From a virus: 64,000 nucleotides of DNA. The stretch is from IMG/VR virus record IMGVR_UViG_3300045988_108826; one strand, 5' to 3'. A program made the position numbers and the translations under genes. The first letter of the stretch is position 1, and every line of letters begins with the position of its first letter. The notes under the pieces were generated by a model. The model was not told the origin of the DNA and did no database searches. It saw only the letters and a list, made by a program, of their open reading frames with translations. Below are positions 43,480 to 53,600 of the stretch, piece by piece.

Positions 43480-44038
43480 TGAAGTAGTAAATCAGATTAA
43501 GACAAACAGCAAGGACGCTAAGTTTGCGGCTTCTCTTATTGACAAATTACTGTCTTTGAAAGGTCAGTTGGATGTAGAGCCTATGCGCTTCTGTATTCCT
43601 GAAAAAGACGTGATTAAGGAATATGACAACGATTCAATCAGATTTGTGAGATGTAAGGGCTATATTGCTTTTCAAGCGAAAGGTGGATTTTCTCTGTTTG
43701 TCAGTCCTAGAATGTCGGGACTTTATCAGCACCTTGAAGGTCTTTTGGATATGAAAGACAACTTTGACAACTTGACAGAAGAACAGAAAGAAGGCTATGC
43801 TACATCATACCTTTACACGACAATTTTAATGCAGTATGTACTTTTTGCAGTATCTGATGCTAAGATGTTTGCTGACTTGGCAAACGATGTCATGAAGCGT
43901 TACGGAGAGTTTTTGGATAGATGTAAGAACATTCCTTTGCAGGAAGAAACTCATAAAGAGAACGCAGAATTTGAGAACAACATAGAATTGGCGAATCAAG
44001 TTTTGCTCGGAGATAAGAATGACAGAACGGTTGGATAA
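43448..44038 (+). CDS. Hypothetical protein (tracked TTG start at 43442)
   Basis: A 196-aa ORF from the ATG. Confidence 0.7.
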   Translation: MEKKELKTKIDEVVNQIKTNSKDAKFAASLIDKLLSLKGQLDVEPMRFCIPEKDVIKEYDNDSIRFVRCKGYIAFQAKGGFSLFVSPRMSGLYQHLEGLLDMKDNFDNLTEEQKEGYATSYLYTTILMQYVLFAVSDAKMFADLANDVMKRYGEFLDRCKNIPLQEETHKENAEFENNIELANQVLLGDKNDRTVG

Positions 44039-44054
44039 TTAAATATGGGAACAG

Positions 44055-44729
44055 ATGCTAGAATTTTCTAACGTAAAAGTATATGACCTTAAAGAGAGCG
44101 TCATAGCAAGTAGAAATGCAATGAGATTGGAAATGCCTGAATACACGGATGAAGAGTTTGAAGAAAGCCTGAAACGTGCTATCAAGCTGGCTAAATGTGG
44201 CGGTGGTACTGGGCATAGCAACTTTAGGAAAGGTATTAGAGTGTCTTTTGATATGAAATACACTCAGTATATTACTAAGCAATTTCAAAGATATGGATTT
44301 TTTGATTATGTTTCTTCAAGTTCTCTTATGCACAGAATCACTAAAATGGATTTTGACAAATGCTGCAATAAGTATGTAATGCAACCGATGGTTGAATATA
44401 TGGATGGCTTAGTCAATACATACAACATTATGGCAAGTAAAGAGGAAGAGGATTGGAGTTATGAGTTTAAATTGAGAAACGGAGAAGTAATTGAAGCTAA
44501 GACTAAATCAGATTGCTTGTACCATCAGTTTATGCGTATAATTTCTAACTGTCCTATGGGAGCGGAATTGTTCGTTCGTGTTTCTACGAACTATGAGCAG
44601 TTGGCTACGATATACAAACAACGGAAGAACCACAAGTTAAAGGAGGACTGGGGAAATTTCAATAAATTTGTTGAATCTTTACCATATGCTCACGAACTTA
44701 TTATATGTGATAAGGAGGTACAAGTATGA
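44055..44729 (+). CDS. ThyX-fold-like protein lacking the canonical RHR-x-x-S motif (tentative)
   Basis: GHSNFRKGIRVSFDMKYTQYITKQFQRYGFFDYVSSSS parallels ThyX GHExxxEHxxFTFxIxxxxxxxxQxxRHRxxSxxxxSxRY. The later ISNCPMGAELFVRVSTNYEQL parallels the LPxxxxTxxxxxxNxRxL region. Confidence 0.45.
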   Translation: MLEFSNVKVYDLKESVIASRNAMRLEMPEYTDEEFEESLKRAIKLAKCGGGTGHSNFRKGIRVSFDMKYTQYITKQFQRYGFFDYVSSSSLMHRITKMDFDKCCNKYVMQPMVEYMDGLVNTYNIMASKEEEDWSYEFKLRNGEVIEAKTKSDCLYHQFMRIISNCPMGAELFVRVSTNYEQLATIYKQRKNHKLKEDWGNFNKFVESLPYAHELIICDKEVQV

Positions 44730-44989
44730 CAAAAGAAGAAAAATTCTCACAGATAACAAGTGAATTGCTTGAAACGTACAAGGCAAAAAATAAGGACTAC
44801 GGAGATAGTTTTGCCAAGTTGTTTGAGGAATACGGAATGACCTATTCTATCATTCATTTGCAGGAAAAGATTAACCGAATCAAGTCTTTGCAGAAGAAAA
44901 GCAATGAAGTAAAAGGTGAAACATACGTTGATTCTTTAAAAGATTTAGCTAATTATGCAATTTTAACACTTATAGAGTTGGAATCTTAA
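44726..44989 (+). CDS. DUF1599-like protein
   Basis: KAKNKDYGDSF...IHLQEKINRIKSLQ matches the DUF1599 pattern (K..DYG.s....l.DK..Ri..L) as I recall it. Confidence 0.6.
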   Translation: MTKEEKFSQITSELLETYKAKNKDYGDSFAKLFEEYGMTYSIIHLQEKINRIKSLQKKSNEVKGETYVDSLKDLANYAILTLIELES

Positions 44990-44999
44990 AAAGAATTAT

Positions 45000-45007
45000 T
45001 ACATTTG
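45000..45007 (+). promoter_or_regulatory. TACATTTG -7 box
   Basis: Matches TAnnTTTG, with GTTG 19 nt upstream. Confidence 0.4.
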
Positions 45008-45052
45008 TAATGTACTTCATAGAATTAAAGAGTTGATAATTGTTAGTATTAG

Positions 45053-45090
45053 CCTAGATGGTCTGTGAAGATAGTCTAGGTTTTCTTTGA
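45053..45090 (+). terminator. Hairpin plus T-run
   Basis: Hairpin CCTAGA-tggtctgtgaagatag-TCTAGG, followed by TTTTCTTT. Confidence 0.45.
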
Positions 45091-45095
45091 AATTC

Positions 45096-45169
45096 GGGCA
45101 AAATGGGTGAGTGATTTAGCCAACACTCTGCAAAAGTGTTTTACAGCGGTTTGAATCCGCTTTTGCCCT
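45096..45169 (+). tRNA. tRNA-Cys: tRNA-Cys (anticodon GCA), 74 nt, with some non-canonical positions
   Basis: Acceptor stem GGGCAAA/TTTGCCC; anticodon arm ACACT-CTGCAAA-AGTGT; T arm AGCGG-TTTGAAT-CCGCT; discriminator U73. Against it, position 8 is A and the D-stem has one mismatch. A19/U56 may covary. Confidence 0.65.
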
Positions 45170-45255
45170 CTATGTTTTCATAGATGTTGTTTTTCACCAT
45201 GAGCAGGATTTGTGTTCTCATATTATTACAGTTTAAATTTTTACGCAAAAGGGTT

Positions 45256-45300
45256 AGCGATAGGTTTTTCATGGTGGCTTATCGCTGGCTCTTTTTTTTA
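45256..45300 (+). terminator. Intrinsic terminator
   Basis: Hairpin AGCGATA-ggtttttcatggtggct-TATCGCT, followed by GGCTCTTTTTTTT. Confidence 0.6.
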
Positions 45301-45314
45301 TAGGAGGTTAATTT

Positions 45315-45452
45315 ATGGCGAATAGCAAAGGGAAAGTAAAGGTTAAGGTGGAAGCGAAGAAGGCGGTTAAGCCTAAGATGGGTAAAGGTACTGGAGGCTT
45401 TATTACAGCAAGAGTTATAGCTAAAGTAAATAAAGATAGAGCAAATGGATAA
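45315..45452 (+). CDS. Small basic ORF (45 aa)
   Basis: AGGAGG lies 8 nt upstream. The ORF reads MANSKGKVKVKVEAKKAVKPKMGKG... Confidence 0.4.
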   Translation: MANSKGKVKVKVEAKKAVKPKMGKGTGGFITARVIAKVNKDRANG

Positions 45453-45843
45453 GTTTGTAGTTAGATTTTGCATATTTGGTTTGAATACATATATGCTGAT
45501 AGTTTTGATTTACGCATTAAATGGAGTAGATATATCTGAATATGACTACCTATTTACAAATTCATTGCTATTTGGAGTGTTGCTTACTATTTTGTCACAT
45601 ACACAAGGGAAATATCATTGTAGGTGGGCAAGATTTCTTTGCTATAATCTCGTTTTAGTCCCAATTGTTAATTACATTGATTGTAAATACTCTATATTTG
45701 ATACAGCAGAAGAATACATATATTTTGCTTGCGGAACACTTATGTTTGCTACAATATCTACTATTATACTAGCTATTAACCATTCCAGAAGAGCAAGAAA
45801 AGTTAAGAAATCAAGATACAAGGAGTATGGAATTAAGCGATAA
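45445..45843 (+). CDS. Membrane protein (about 4 TM segments)
   Basis: Contains several hydrophobic segments. Confidence 0.7.
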   Translation: MDKFVVRFCIFGLNTYMLIVLIYALNGVDISEYDYLFTNSLLFGVLLTILSHTQGKYHCRWARFLCYNLVLVPIVNYIDCKYSIFDTAEEYIYFACGTLMFATISTIILAINHSRRARKVKKSRYKEYGIKR

Positions 45844-46279
45844 AACTAAAGAAAAGATAGATAAATTACCTATCGTATTGAGAATGGCAGTCAACTACTT
45901 ACTTGACATGGTTGACAAGATTATAAACGGTGAATGTAACGAAGATACGGTAGCTTCTACTATTGCTACACTGAACAACAATGCAAGCGGAAGAGTATGC
46001 AAGGACGATGTGCTTAACTACGACAAGGCAGGTGAAATACTAGGATTCGGTGCTACAAACAGAAGCGGTCTTAAAGTCGTACTTGACAAATACGGAATAA
46101 AGCAGGTAGTAATAAACAATCAGCGTTGCGGTTTCTTACGTTCCGATATTATGGCACTTCGTGATAAGCTGAATGAGGATATACGTAAACGTGAAGCTAA
46201 GAGAAAACGTAAGGAAGAAAAGGAATTACAAAAGTCTAGGCTTAAAGAAAACAGATTGAGAAAACTATTTAAAAGATAA
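45827..46279 (+). CDS. Hypothetical protein with an HTH-like centre and a basic coiled-coil tail
   Basis: A 150-aa ORF. Confidence 0.7.
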   Translation: MELSDKTKEKIDKLPIVLRMAVNYLLDMVDKIINGECNEDTVASTIATLNNNASGRVCKDDVLNYDKAGEILGFGATNRSGLKVVLDKYGIKQVVINNQRCGFLRSDIMALRDKLNEDIRKREAKRKRKEEKELQKSRLKENRLRKLFKR

Positions 46280-46280
46280 A

Positions 46281-46315
46281 GGGGAGCTATTAAAACTCCC
46301 CTTATTTATTTTATT
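46281..46315. terminator. Hairpin at a convergent block boundary
   Basis: Hairpin GGGGAG-ctattaaaa-CTCCCC, followed by TTATTTATTTT. Confidence 0.65.
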
Positions 46316-46483
46316 CCCCTACTTGTTCAACGTAAATGCCTACAAGTTCAGATAAGTTCTGATAAACTGCTTGTTCGTCTGCCAGCATCAATCAACGCCT
46401 TTGCTTCTTCTTTCAATTCTTCTTTCACAATTCAAAACATTTAGTTAAACATTAATTTATCGTCACAAATATACGTTAATCTT

Positions 46484-46798
46484 TTAAATATACTTCATCC
46501 AGGAATATTTTTTTCTGTTACTCAGGTAAAACATGTCACTTTCATTGCTGTATGCCTCCTTCTCAAGTGATATGTTTTTGTAAGCATTTCCTTTATAAAA
46601 AAGCCTTACAATCCATTCTACAATATACCACAAGTAGAAGAATATATATAACATTTCTTTCATTTGTGCTGTATGTATTTCCTCGTGATTAATTGTTTTA
46701 GCGTCTATATTTGCTCTTTCTCTTACAAACAATACACCGAATATGTTTATTGCCTTAAACCCATTAAAAGGGATTATTTTATTTCTTATTATCTTCAT
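46484..46798 (-). CDS. Small HExxH (zincin-like) motif protein with a hydrophobic segment
   Basis: Contains INHEEIHTAQ. Confidence 0.55.
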   Translation of the reverse strand: MKIIRNKIIPFNGFKAINIFGVLFVRERANIDAKTINHEEIHTAQMKEMLYIFFYLWYIVEWIVRLFYKGNAYKNISLEKEAYSNESDMFYLSNRKKYSWMKYI

Positions 46799-46810
46799 AT
46801 ATCTTACTGT

Positions 46811-47290
46811 TTACTCTGTTGCTTTATCTGTTATAGGCGAATAACTTGCTACTGTAATTTCGGGTGTTTCTTCTGCTGATACGTTTTCAACTGCTTCTGT
46901 CGCCTTGTATAATACATTATTGTAGTTTGTCTTAAAATCTTTAGGTATTGACTGGTTAATAAAATTACTCCAGTTCGGGAACAGCTCCTTAACCTGCAAT
47001 GCTTGTTCGTCCGTAAGATTCATAGTGTTTATACTTGATTCAAACAGCTTAGACATAACATCTACCTTTTCTTTTAATAATTCTATGCTTTCGCTCGAAG
47101 TGCTCTTAATAGAACGTATTCTTTCCGCTTCCGCTTCGTCTATCTCAGCAAATTGGTCTAGCCCTTCCCATGAAGGAATTGTAATAGTGGTTAAGATAGG
47201 CTTGTACTTGTCCTCTACTTCTGTTAATGTAATGTAGTGCTGGTATGCAGCACTGATAACCTTGCCATAAGATTGATTTTTAATATCCAT
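46811..47290 (-). CDS. Hypothetical protein
   Basis: A 159-aa ORF downstream of the fibre gene. Confidence 0.7.
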   Translation of the reverse strand: MDIKNQSYGKVISAAYQHYITLTEVEDKYKPILTTITIPSWEGLDQFAEIDEAEAERIRSIKSTSSESIELLKEKVDVMSKLFESSINTMNLTDEQALQVKELFPNWSNFINQSIPKDFKTNYNNVLYKATEAVENVSAEETPEITVASYSPITDKATE

Positions 47291-47299
47291 AATTATTTT

Positions 47300-47578
47300 T
47301 TATAAAGGTTGAACTTCTTGAACATCCGAAACCATTTCTTCAAAGGCTTTCTTTACAAACGCCTTATATCCGCTGTCGATGTACTTTCGGATGATTTCTA
47401 TTTCACTCTCATTTGCTTCTACTTCTCCGTCTTTATAGATTCTCTGTGCAAGGTCTAATTCTCCCAAGTCAGAAGTTTCACGATAGATGTAATTCCCCAG
47501 TTCTTTCGAGATGTCACGAGGTTCCAAGTTACCTTCAATGTCCCTTGTCGGGACAGCTTTAAAATTAAGTTTTTTCAT
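47300..47578 (-). CDS. Hypothetical protein
   Basis: A 92-aa ORF. Confidence 0.65.
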   Translation of the reverse strand: MKKLNFKAVPTRDIEGNLEPRDISKELGNYIYRETSDLGELDLAQRIYKDGEVEANESEIEIIRKYIDSGYKAFVKKAFEEMVSDVQEVQPL

Positions 47579-47607
47579 AATTAAACAGTTTTTATAGAAA
47601 GTTTTAT

Positions 47608-50600
47608 TTAAAATGTTCCAAGTTTGGGTGATTCGTAATAAACAGCTATAAATACTTTTGCATCCATAAGAGACCAGTTGTTATAGTTACTTGTCGTACT
47701 ATATTCAAAGTATGTACTATAAATGTTTTCAATTATTGCAACAGTTAATTTTCCATTAGATAAAGCTGTTATCTGAACATGATAAAGTGTATTCCCTATA
47801 TTATGTTTAACCCTATAGCGTCCTGTTGCATATTTTGATACAGAAAATGTAATAGGATTTCCTGAGCTGTTTGGAATATTAGTTCCCATTTTATCAATGA
47901 CACTTCCGGAACTTGATATATAAGCAGAATATATACATTTAACATAATGAACTGGAAGTCCTAATTCGTCTTTATTTTTACTGTATGTTAGAGTAATGCC
48001 AGTTTTATGGATGTGAATACCTGTCTGAGATTCATCCAATATTTTAAGTTCTCCAAATGAAAGTCTTGTTTCACTTCTAAGTATTTCTGCACCAGAACCA
48101 TCATAGGTATACAGTTCTATTCCTGACGGAGTTATTCCTATTGCTTCACTTCTTCTATCATTTTTTTTATCATAACTATACATATTAATAACTCCATAGT
48201 TAACAGGACCGAAGTTACCAAAGTATATATTTAAAAGTGAATTATTGCTTTTGGATATATTCATACCGTCTTTATCTACTAAAGTACTTATACCATCGGC
48301 ATTTGTTGCATTAAGTGTTTTTACTACAAGAGCATCCGCTTCAATCAGACTTGTACGAATATGCCCTCCCTCAATGATTGTATTTCCGGCTGTTGCTGCT
48401 GAAACCATATCAGCATAGCTGGCATATCCTAACTTTTTAGCCATATCCTCTTTAGAGGAGTTTATGTCAGAAGTGACATCGCCTGAGTCAGCTTTATTAT
48501 TGATTGTGCTCTGCAAACTACTATTAAGAGAACTGAATGTAATCTTTCCTTGTAAAGATACATCTTTTCCGAAAATACTTATGGCGTTCTCTTTAACGGT
48601 AATTCCTGTCTTAATTTGTTCTGTTGTGGAATAATCGCTAGGTGCAGCACTCCACGGTGTTGACCTTTCTCCTTTTTCGACTTTGAGATTCCAAACACGG
48701 AAGTAACCTATTGGTTTATTGTCTTGTAACACAGAAGAAATGTAATAAAAAACCATTTCAATATTAGAATCTTTGATATTTGTATCACTACCACCTAAAG
48801 TTAAGGGAGGAGTAATAATTTTACCTGTACCATTAGATTTTAAATTAGGAATACTATAAGCAGTCCAACCAAATTTATCGTCAAACTGAACCCTAAAATA
48901 TGAGTTCTCCGTTGCGTTCCAAATAAGATTTCTTGCTTCGTATTCAAATGAAATGGTTACTATATCTCCTTTTTTTAAACCTGACGTTTTGTATAATGTA
49001 TTTCTTTGATTTGCTACATTATTAAAAGTAGTCAATCTTTTTTCGTTGCTTGTCAATAAAGCATAGTTTTGATTAACAGATTCATCTACTTTGTAGGCAT
49101 AAACTTTTGTAAAGTAAGCTTCGCCTAAATTAGATGTCCCTTTAATACTGAAACATATACTTGCAGAAATAGAATCTGTTGGTATTGTTATATATCCTGA
49201 CAAGGTATTCCATCCTTTTGTTTTGGATTCTATTGCATCAAGCTCTATGTATTTGTATGTTTCATTTTTCAGTTTTATTCTAAGACCTACTGTTACTTTA
49301 TAATTACACTTCTCCGCATTAACTAAGGCAGTTACATAATATTTTTCTCCTACATTAACATTAACGTATGACTTAGCATAAATCGTACCAACTGTACTTT
49401 TCATACAATAACTTGTAGGACAACTATTGTTGGCAGTTGCCGCGCTAACTCGTGAACCTCCGGTATAAAGCAAGCTATAATTAGCATCATCGAAGCAACT
49501 GTCAGGAACAATGTTGGTTATCTTGCTCACACTTGTAACCTTAGAAGAAATACCAATCCAAATGTTATCAGGTTGTAACGCGACTTCTGCTTTGCTTACA
49601 CGTGTAGTCAGCGCTGACAAATTGTTATTAGTCTGATTCAGGTTGTTCTGAACGGTAGTTACTTCTGTCTTTTCGGCTTTTAGCAATAATTTTTCTGAGT
49701 GCTGTTCTATGACTGTCTGCATAGATTTTACAGTCGTAATCGTTGCGTACTTCTTGTCTGCATTTTGTCCGGCTGTTGTTATAGCATCATTCTTAGCCTT
49801 ATTTGCCTTGTTGGTAGCATCTGTAGCAGCAGTAGATATAGCGTCCTGCTTTGCCTTATTTGCCTTGGAAGTTGCGTCAGCAGAGGCAGTACTTATTGCT
49901 GAAGTCTTTGCATCATTCGCCTTTTTGGTTGCATCGCTCGCAGCAGTATTAATTATTTCCTGCTTAATAGTAGTAATTTCAGTAGAAGAAACCTTACTAT
50001 TAATTTCACCTTCTAATACACTGAATTGTGATGTTACCTCTTTTTTATATTCAGTCAAAGCGTTTTCCGAATCTTCGGGAGCAGGTGACCAATCAGTTGC
50101 TTTATTGCCTATTTCTCCCTTTAAAAGACAGATGTATATCTTCTTATTTAAAGAACTATCTGATATAGTAAAAAAAATCAAACAACCTTCTCTATTTGTT
50201 GTTTTATCAATAGGAAATGTATATTGATACTTTACCCAATTATCTGATAACTCACTTATCCTCAAAGTCTTTGATGATATATTTCCATTATATTTATTTT
50301 GAATTTGTATTGACATTGGGGTTTTTATATTCTCTTGGCATTTAGCATAAAATGAAATTGTGACATTTTTGTTTTCTAACTCCGCATAAGGTATATTAGA
50401 GTAAGAAGTTGATGCCATTTTTATATCTCCAGTTCCTGCCTGAGTTTTCAAGGAAACAGTAACTTCATCTAACGGTATTCCTCCTACATTTTCAGATACT
50501 TGTTCTTTTGAAACAGAATATTTTCCTGTACCCCAATTATTAGCATACCAGTCACCACCATATTTAGTATTTCTAAATAAATTTCTACCTCCAATCTGAA

Positions 50601-53600
50601 TATTATTAATAGCATTATTGGTGTATTCTTTAGAAGAAGTTACAGCAGCAGTAATACTGTTGTTGGTCTGCTCAAACTGTGAACTTACCGTTTTCTTATA
50701 AGAACTTAAATCGTTGGCTATACCTTGCGCATAATCACGTGCCGCATTTGAGATAGCGGTTAAAGCATTTGTTCTCTGTGTATAATACGTTGTCTGCTTT
50801 GTAGCAAAATCAGAAGGAATAGCAATTGTTTCAGGAGATGAAGCCGTAAGAGTTACCAACACAGCACGATAAGTCGTGTGTGCATTGTTGTAATTTGTAG
50901 GAGTACCTAGATTGTACTTACTATATCCGTTTGCAATCTGTGTCTTGTCTGCGTCAATTCTAGCTATTTCTTCTTTCAATGACTGCTTTTCTGTTGGAGA
51001 AATAGAACCGTCAGAAGCCCAACTATCTAATCGGCTCTTAGCTTCATCAGCATCACTTTGTGCATTGTTTGCTGCCGCTTTTGCGTTGGCAGCATCCTTT
51101 ATTGCCTGATTAGCCTTTTCTTGTGCCGCATCTGCGGTTTGTCGTGCAGCATCTGCAAGGGATTTAGCCTTTGCTGATATAGCGTTCAATAAATCGGTGC
51201 GAGCATCGTAGTAATCCTTAAACTTGCTTCTGAATGCAGCTCCTGATATATTACTTGTTGTTGAAAGACTTGAAAGCAACGGTGTTATATAAGCACTTAG
51301 CGTATTATAAGCCGTATCGTAAGCAGTCCTGCTTACTCCGTACTTGTCAGCACTTGCATTGTTTTTAGGCTTTTCAGAAACAATAATATCCCATTCTTTT
51401 TTTGTTTCCTGCTTTTCCTGAGCAGTCAGCTTGTTGTCATTTGCTATATCAGACAATAAGGCGTTTGCAGTTGCCGCGCTTTGAACGGCGTTATTGGCTG
51501 TCTGCTGTGCACTATCAGCTGCTTGTTTAGCTGCATCTGCCGCAGCCTGAGCCTGATTTGCCTTAGTATCATCCGTATACTTAGAAGCAAGTTCCCAGTG
51601 CTCAATAGAAAACTGAGCATTTGCTTGTTTGGCAGTCTTGCATCGAAGCAAATCATTCTTGTAGCTTCCGTATGTAGCATTAACCCACAAATCTCCAATA
51701 TCATACACCGAGGCATTAGACGGGGTAGTCACAAATACCCTTCTCTTTCCATCTGCCGTGTCCTGCGCTTTTTTAGCGTCAGCCAAAGCTTTTGTGATAT
51801 CAGAATCGGTTATTACCTGCCATGTATACTTACTACCACTCACTTGAAAGCGATACGCTTTTCCATTACCATCATAATACAAGTCGCCTAAATGTACGTT
51901 CTTGTCTTCGTTTGTAGTCCAATTTACAGCAGGCTCGTTACTTAATGTAGGAACTGGTTCATAAAACCATGTTTCAATAGCACCGTCTATTTGGTTTTTA
52001 ACAGCTTCTAAATCCTTAGATAACTGATTTACAAATGAAATGTTTTCAGATAAATCAGATATAGCATCGTCTACTTTTGTATTGACTTCCCCTACTGCGT
52101 TGTCGATATAGTCCTTTACGCTTTCTCCCGAACTGAATCTTATTGCATCGGCAATAATCATTACTTCCGAACGAGAAAATGAAACAAATTCTTTTCCGTC
52201 CAATGAGTAAGAATTAATTCCACGATACAATTTAAAATACGGTGCATCATTGCCGTATGCAGACAAGATAATAGCTGCCTGACGTGTAGCATCAGACTTA
52301 TTACCCAACTGTACGATATCATCGCCAGCCTTAGGTTCAGTAGAACCTGTATCGCAATCGGTTTTAGAAAGGTCTATATAGTTATCTCCTGTGCCTACAA
52401 CAGCACGCCAATAGTAGGTATTAGTGACGTTCTCATTAACACCTTCCTTAACGTTAAAAGTCTGTGCCCTTGCCAAGTCACCGACAACAAATTCCTGCTC
52501 TATTGTTCTTTCTCCGTCCGTGTTCTCAAAATAGCAACGATAGAAATCTCCTTTATCCTCTACTTTGGCACAAGACATCGAAGCAGGAGTAAGGATAATC
52601 TGACCTCCAACATGCTTAATCTGCTGTATAAGTAGTTGAATAAATGTAGCTACCTTTCTTACAAGCATACGGTCTACCTCCAGATAACTGTCACCGTTTT
52701 CGTCTTTTTTAAGGCAAAATCCAGCTCCTAAAGCACCAGTAGAGAAATTAGCTGATTCTATTCCGCTTCTAACGAGAATAGAAAGCAAATCTGCAACACC
52801 CTGCTCGTCTATTTTAGCACCTTTCAGTCCTTTCTTGTAGTCGCCTATCGTCAAAGCACCTCTAAGCAACAAGTTAAGCAACTCTGCTGCTCCGTCTGCT
52901 GAAATCTTAGCACCTGACTTTTTGCTTAGATATGTACCTATTTCTAAACCGTCAATCAGCTTCACAAGGTCGTTGAATGTCTTTTCTCCCTTTGCGCTGT
53001 CGGCTACATCCTTTCTAAGAAAGTATTTGTTTCCCTGACTTAGTATGTCACCGCTTCCTATATTGGAAAGTACGTCCTGCTTAACACCGTCAAGCATTGT
53101 TTGTAATGAGTTCTGACCGATAGAAAGCGTATCTACCAAGTTTACTTCTATTTCAGGCAATGGCGAATCTGAACTCATTGTATATGTAAAGTTGTCTACA
53201 TAGAAAGTATACTGTACCTTGTTGTATTCTACTATAAGCCGTGAATTTTCGTTCAACTGTTCAAGAATATCAGGATGTTCTGCAAAGAATATACGGCTGA
53301 ACTTTATGGAGAAGTTAAACTTCTCGCTGTTGTTTTCTGCCATATACTGAATGAGGTATTCTTTAAGGTCGTTTTCGGCTTTGTATATGTACGAATCGGG
53401 CATGTTTATGTTCAGTATGACAAATGTATCACCTGCTTTCGGTTTGAGGTTTTTTGATACATTAGGCATGACGTTTGTATAGGTTGTATCGTCTTTCTTT
53501 AGTGCAACCCATACTTCATAATTTACCGTATCGTTCTGTCTGTCCTGCGGTGTTTCTTTCTGCAATCCGTCACGACCGCATCTTACGTTTCCGTTCTCGT

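Noticed and set aside
49709-50227. Plus-strand ORFs inside the fibre gene (49699..49902, 49709..50227, 51481..51891, 53644..53946 and others).
   Set aside because: They are antisense shadows of a long minus-strand ORF. Their translations are low-complexity Leu/Ser/Cys/Phe-rich, and they have no start context.
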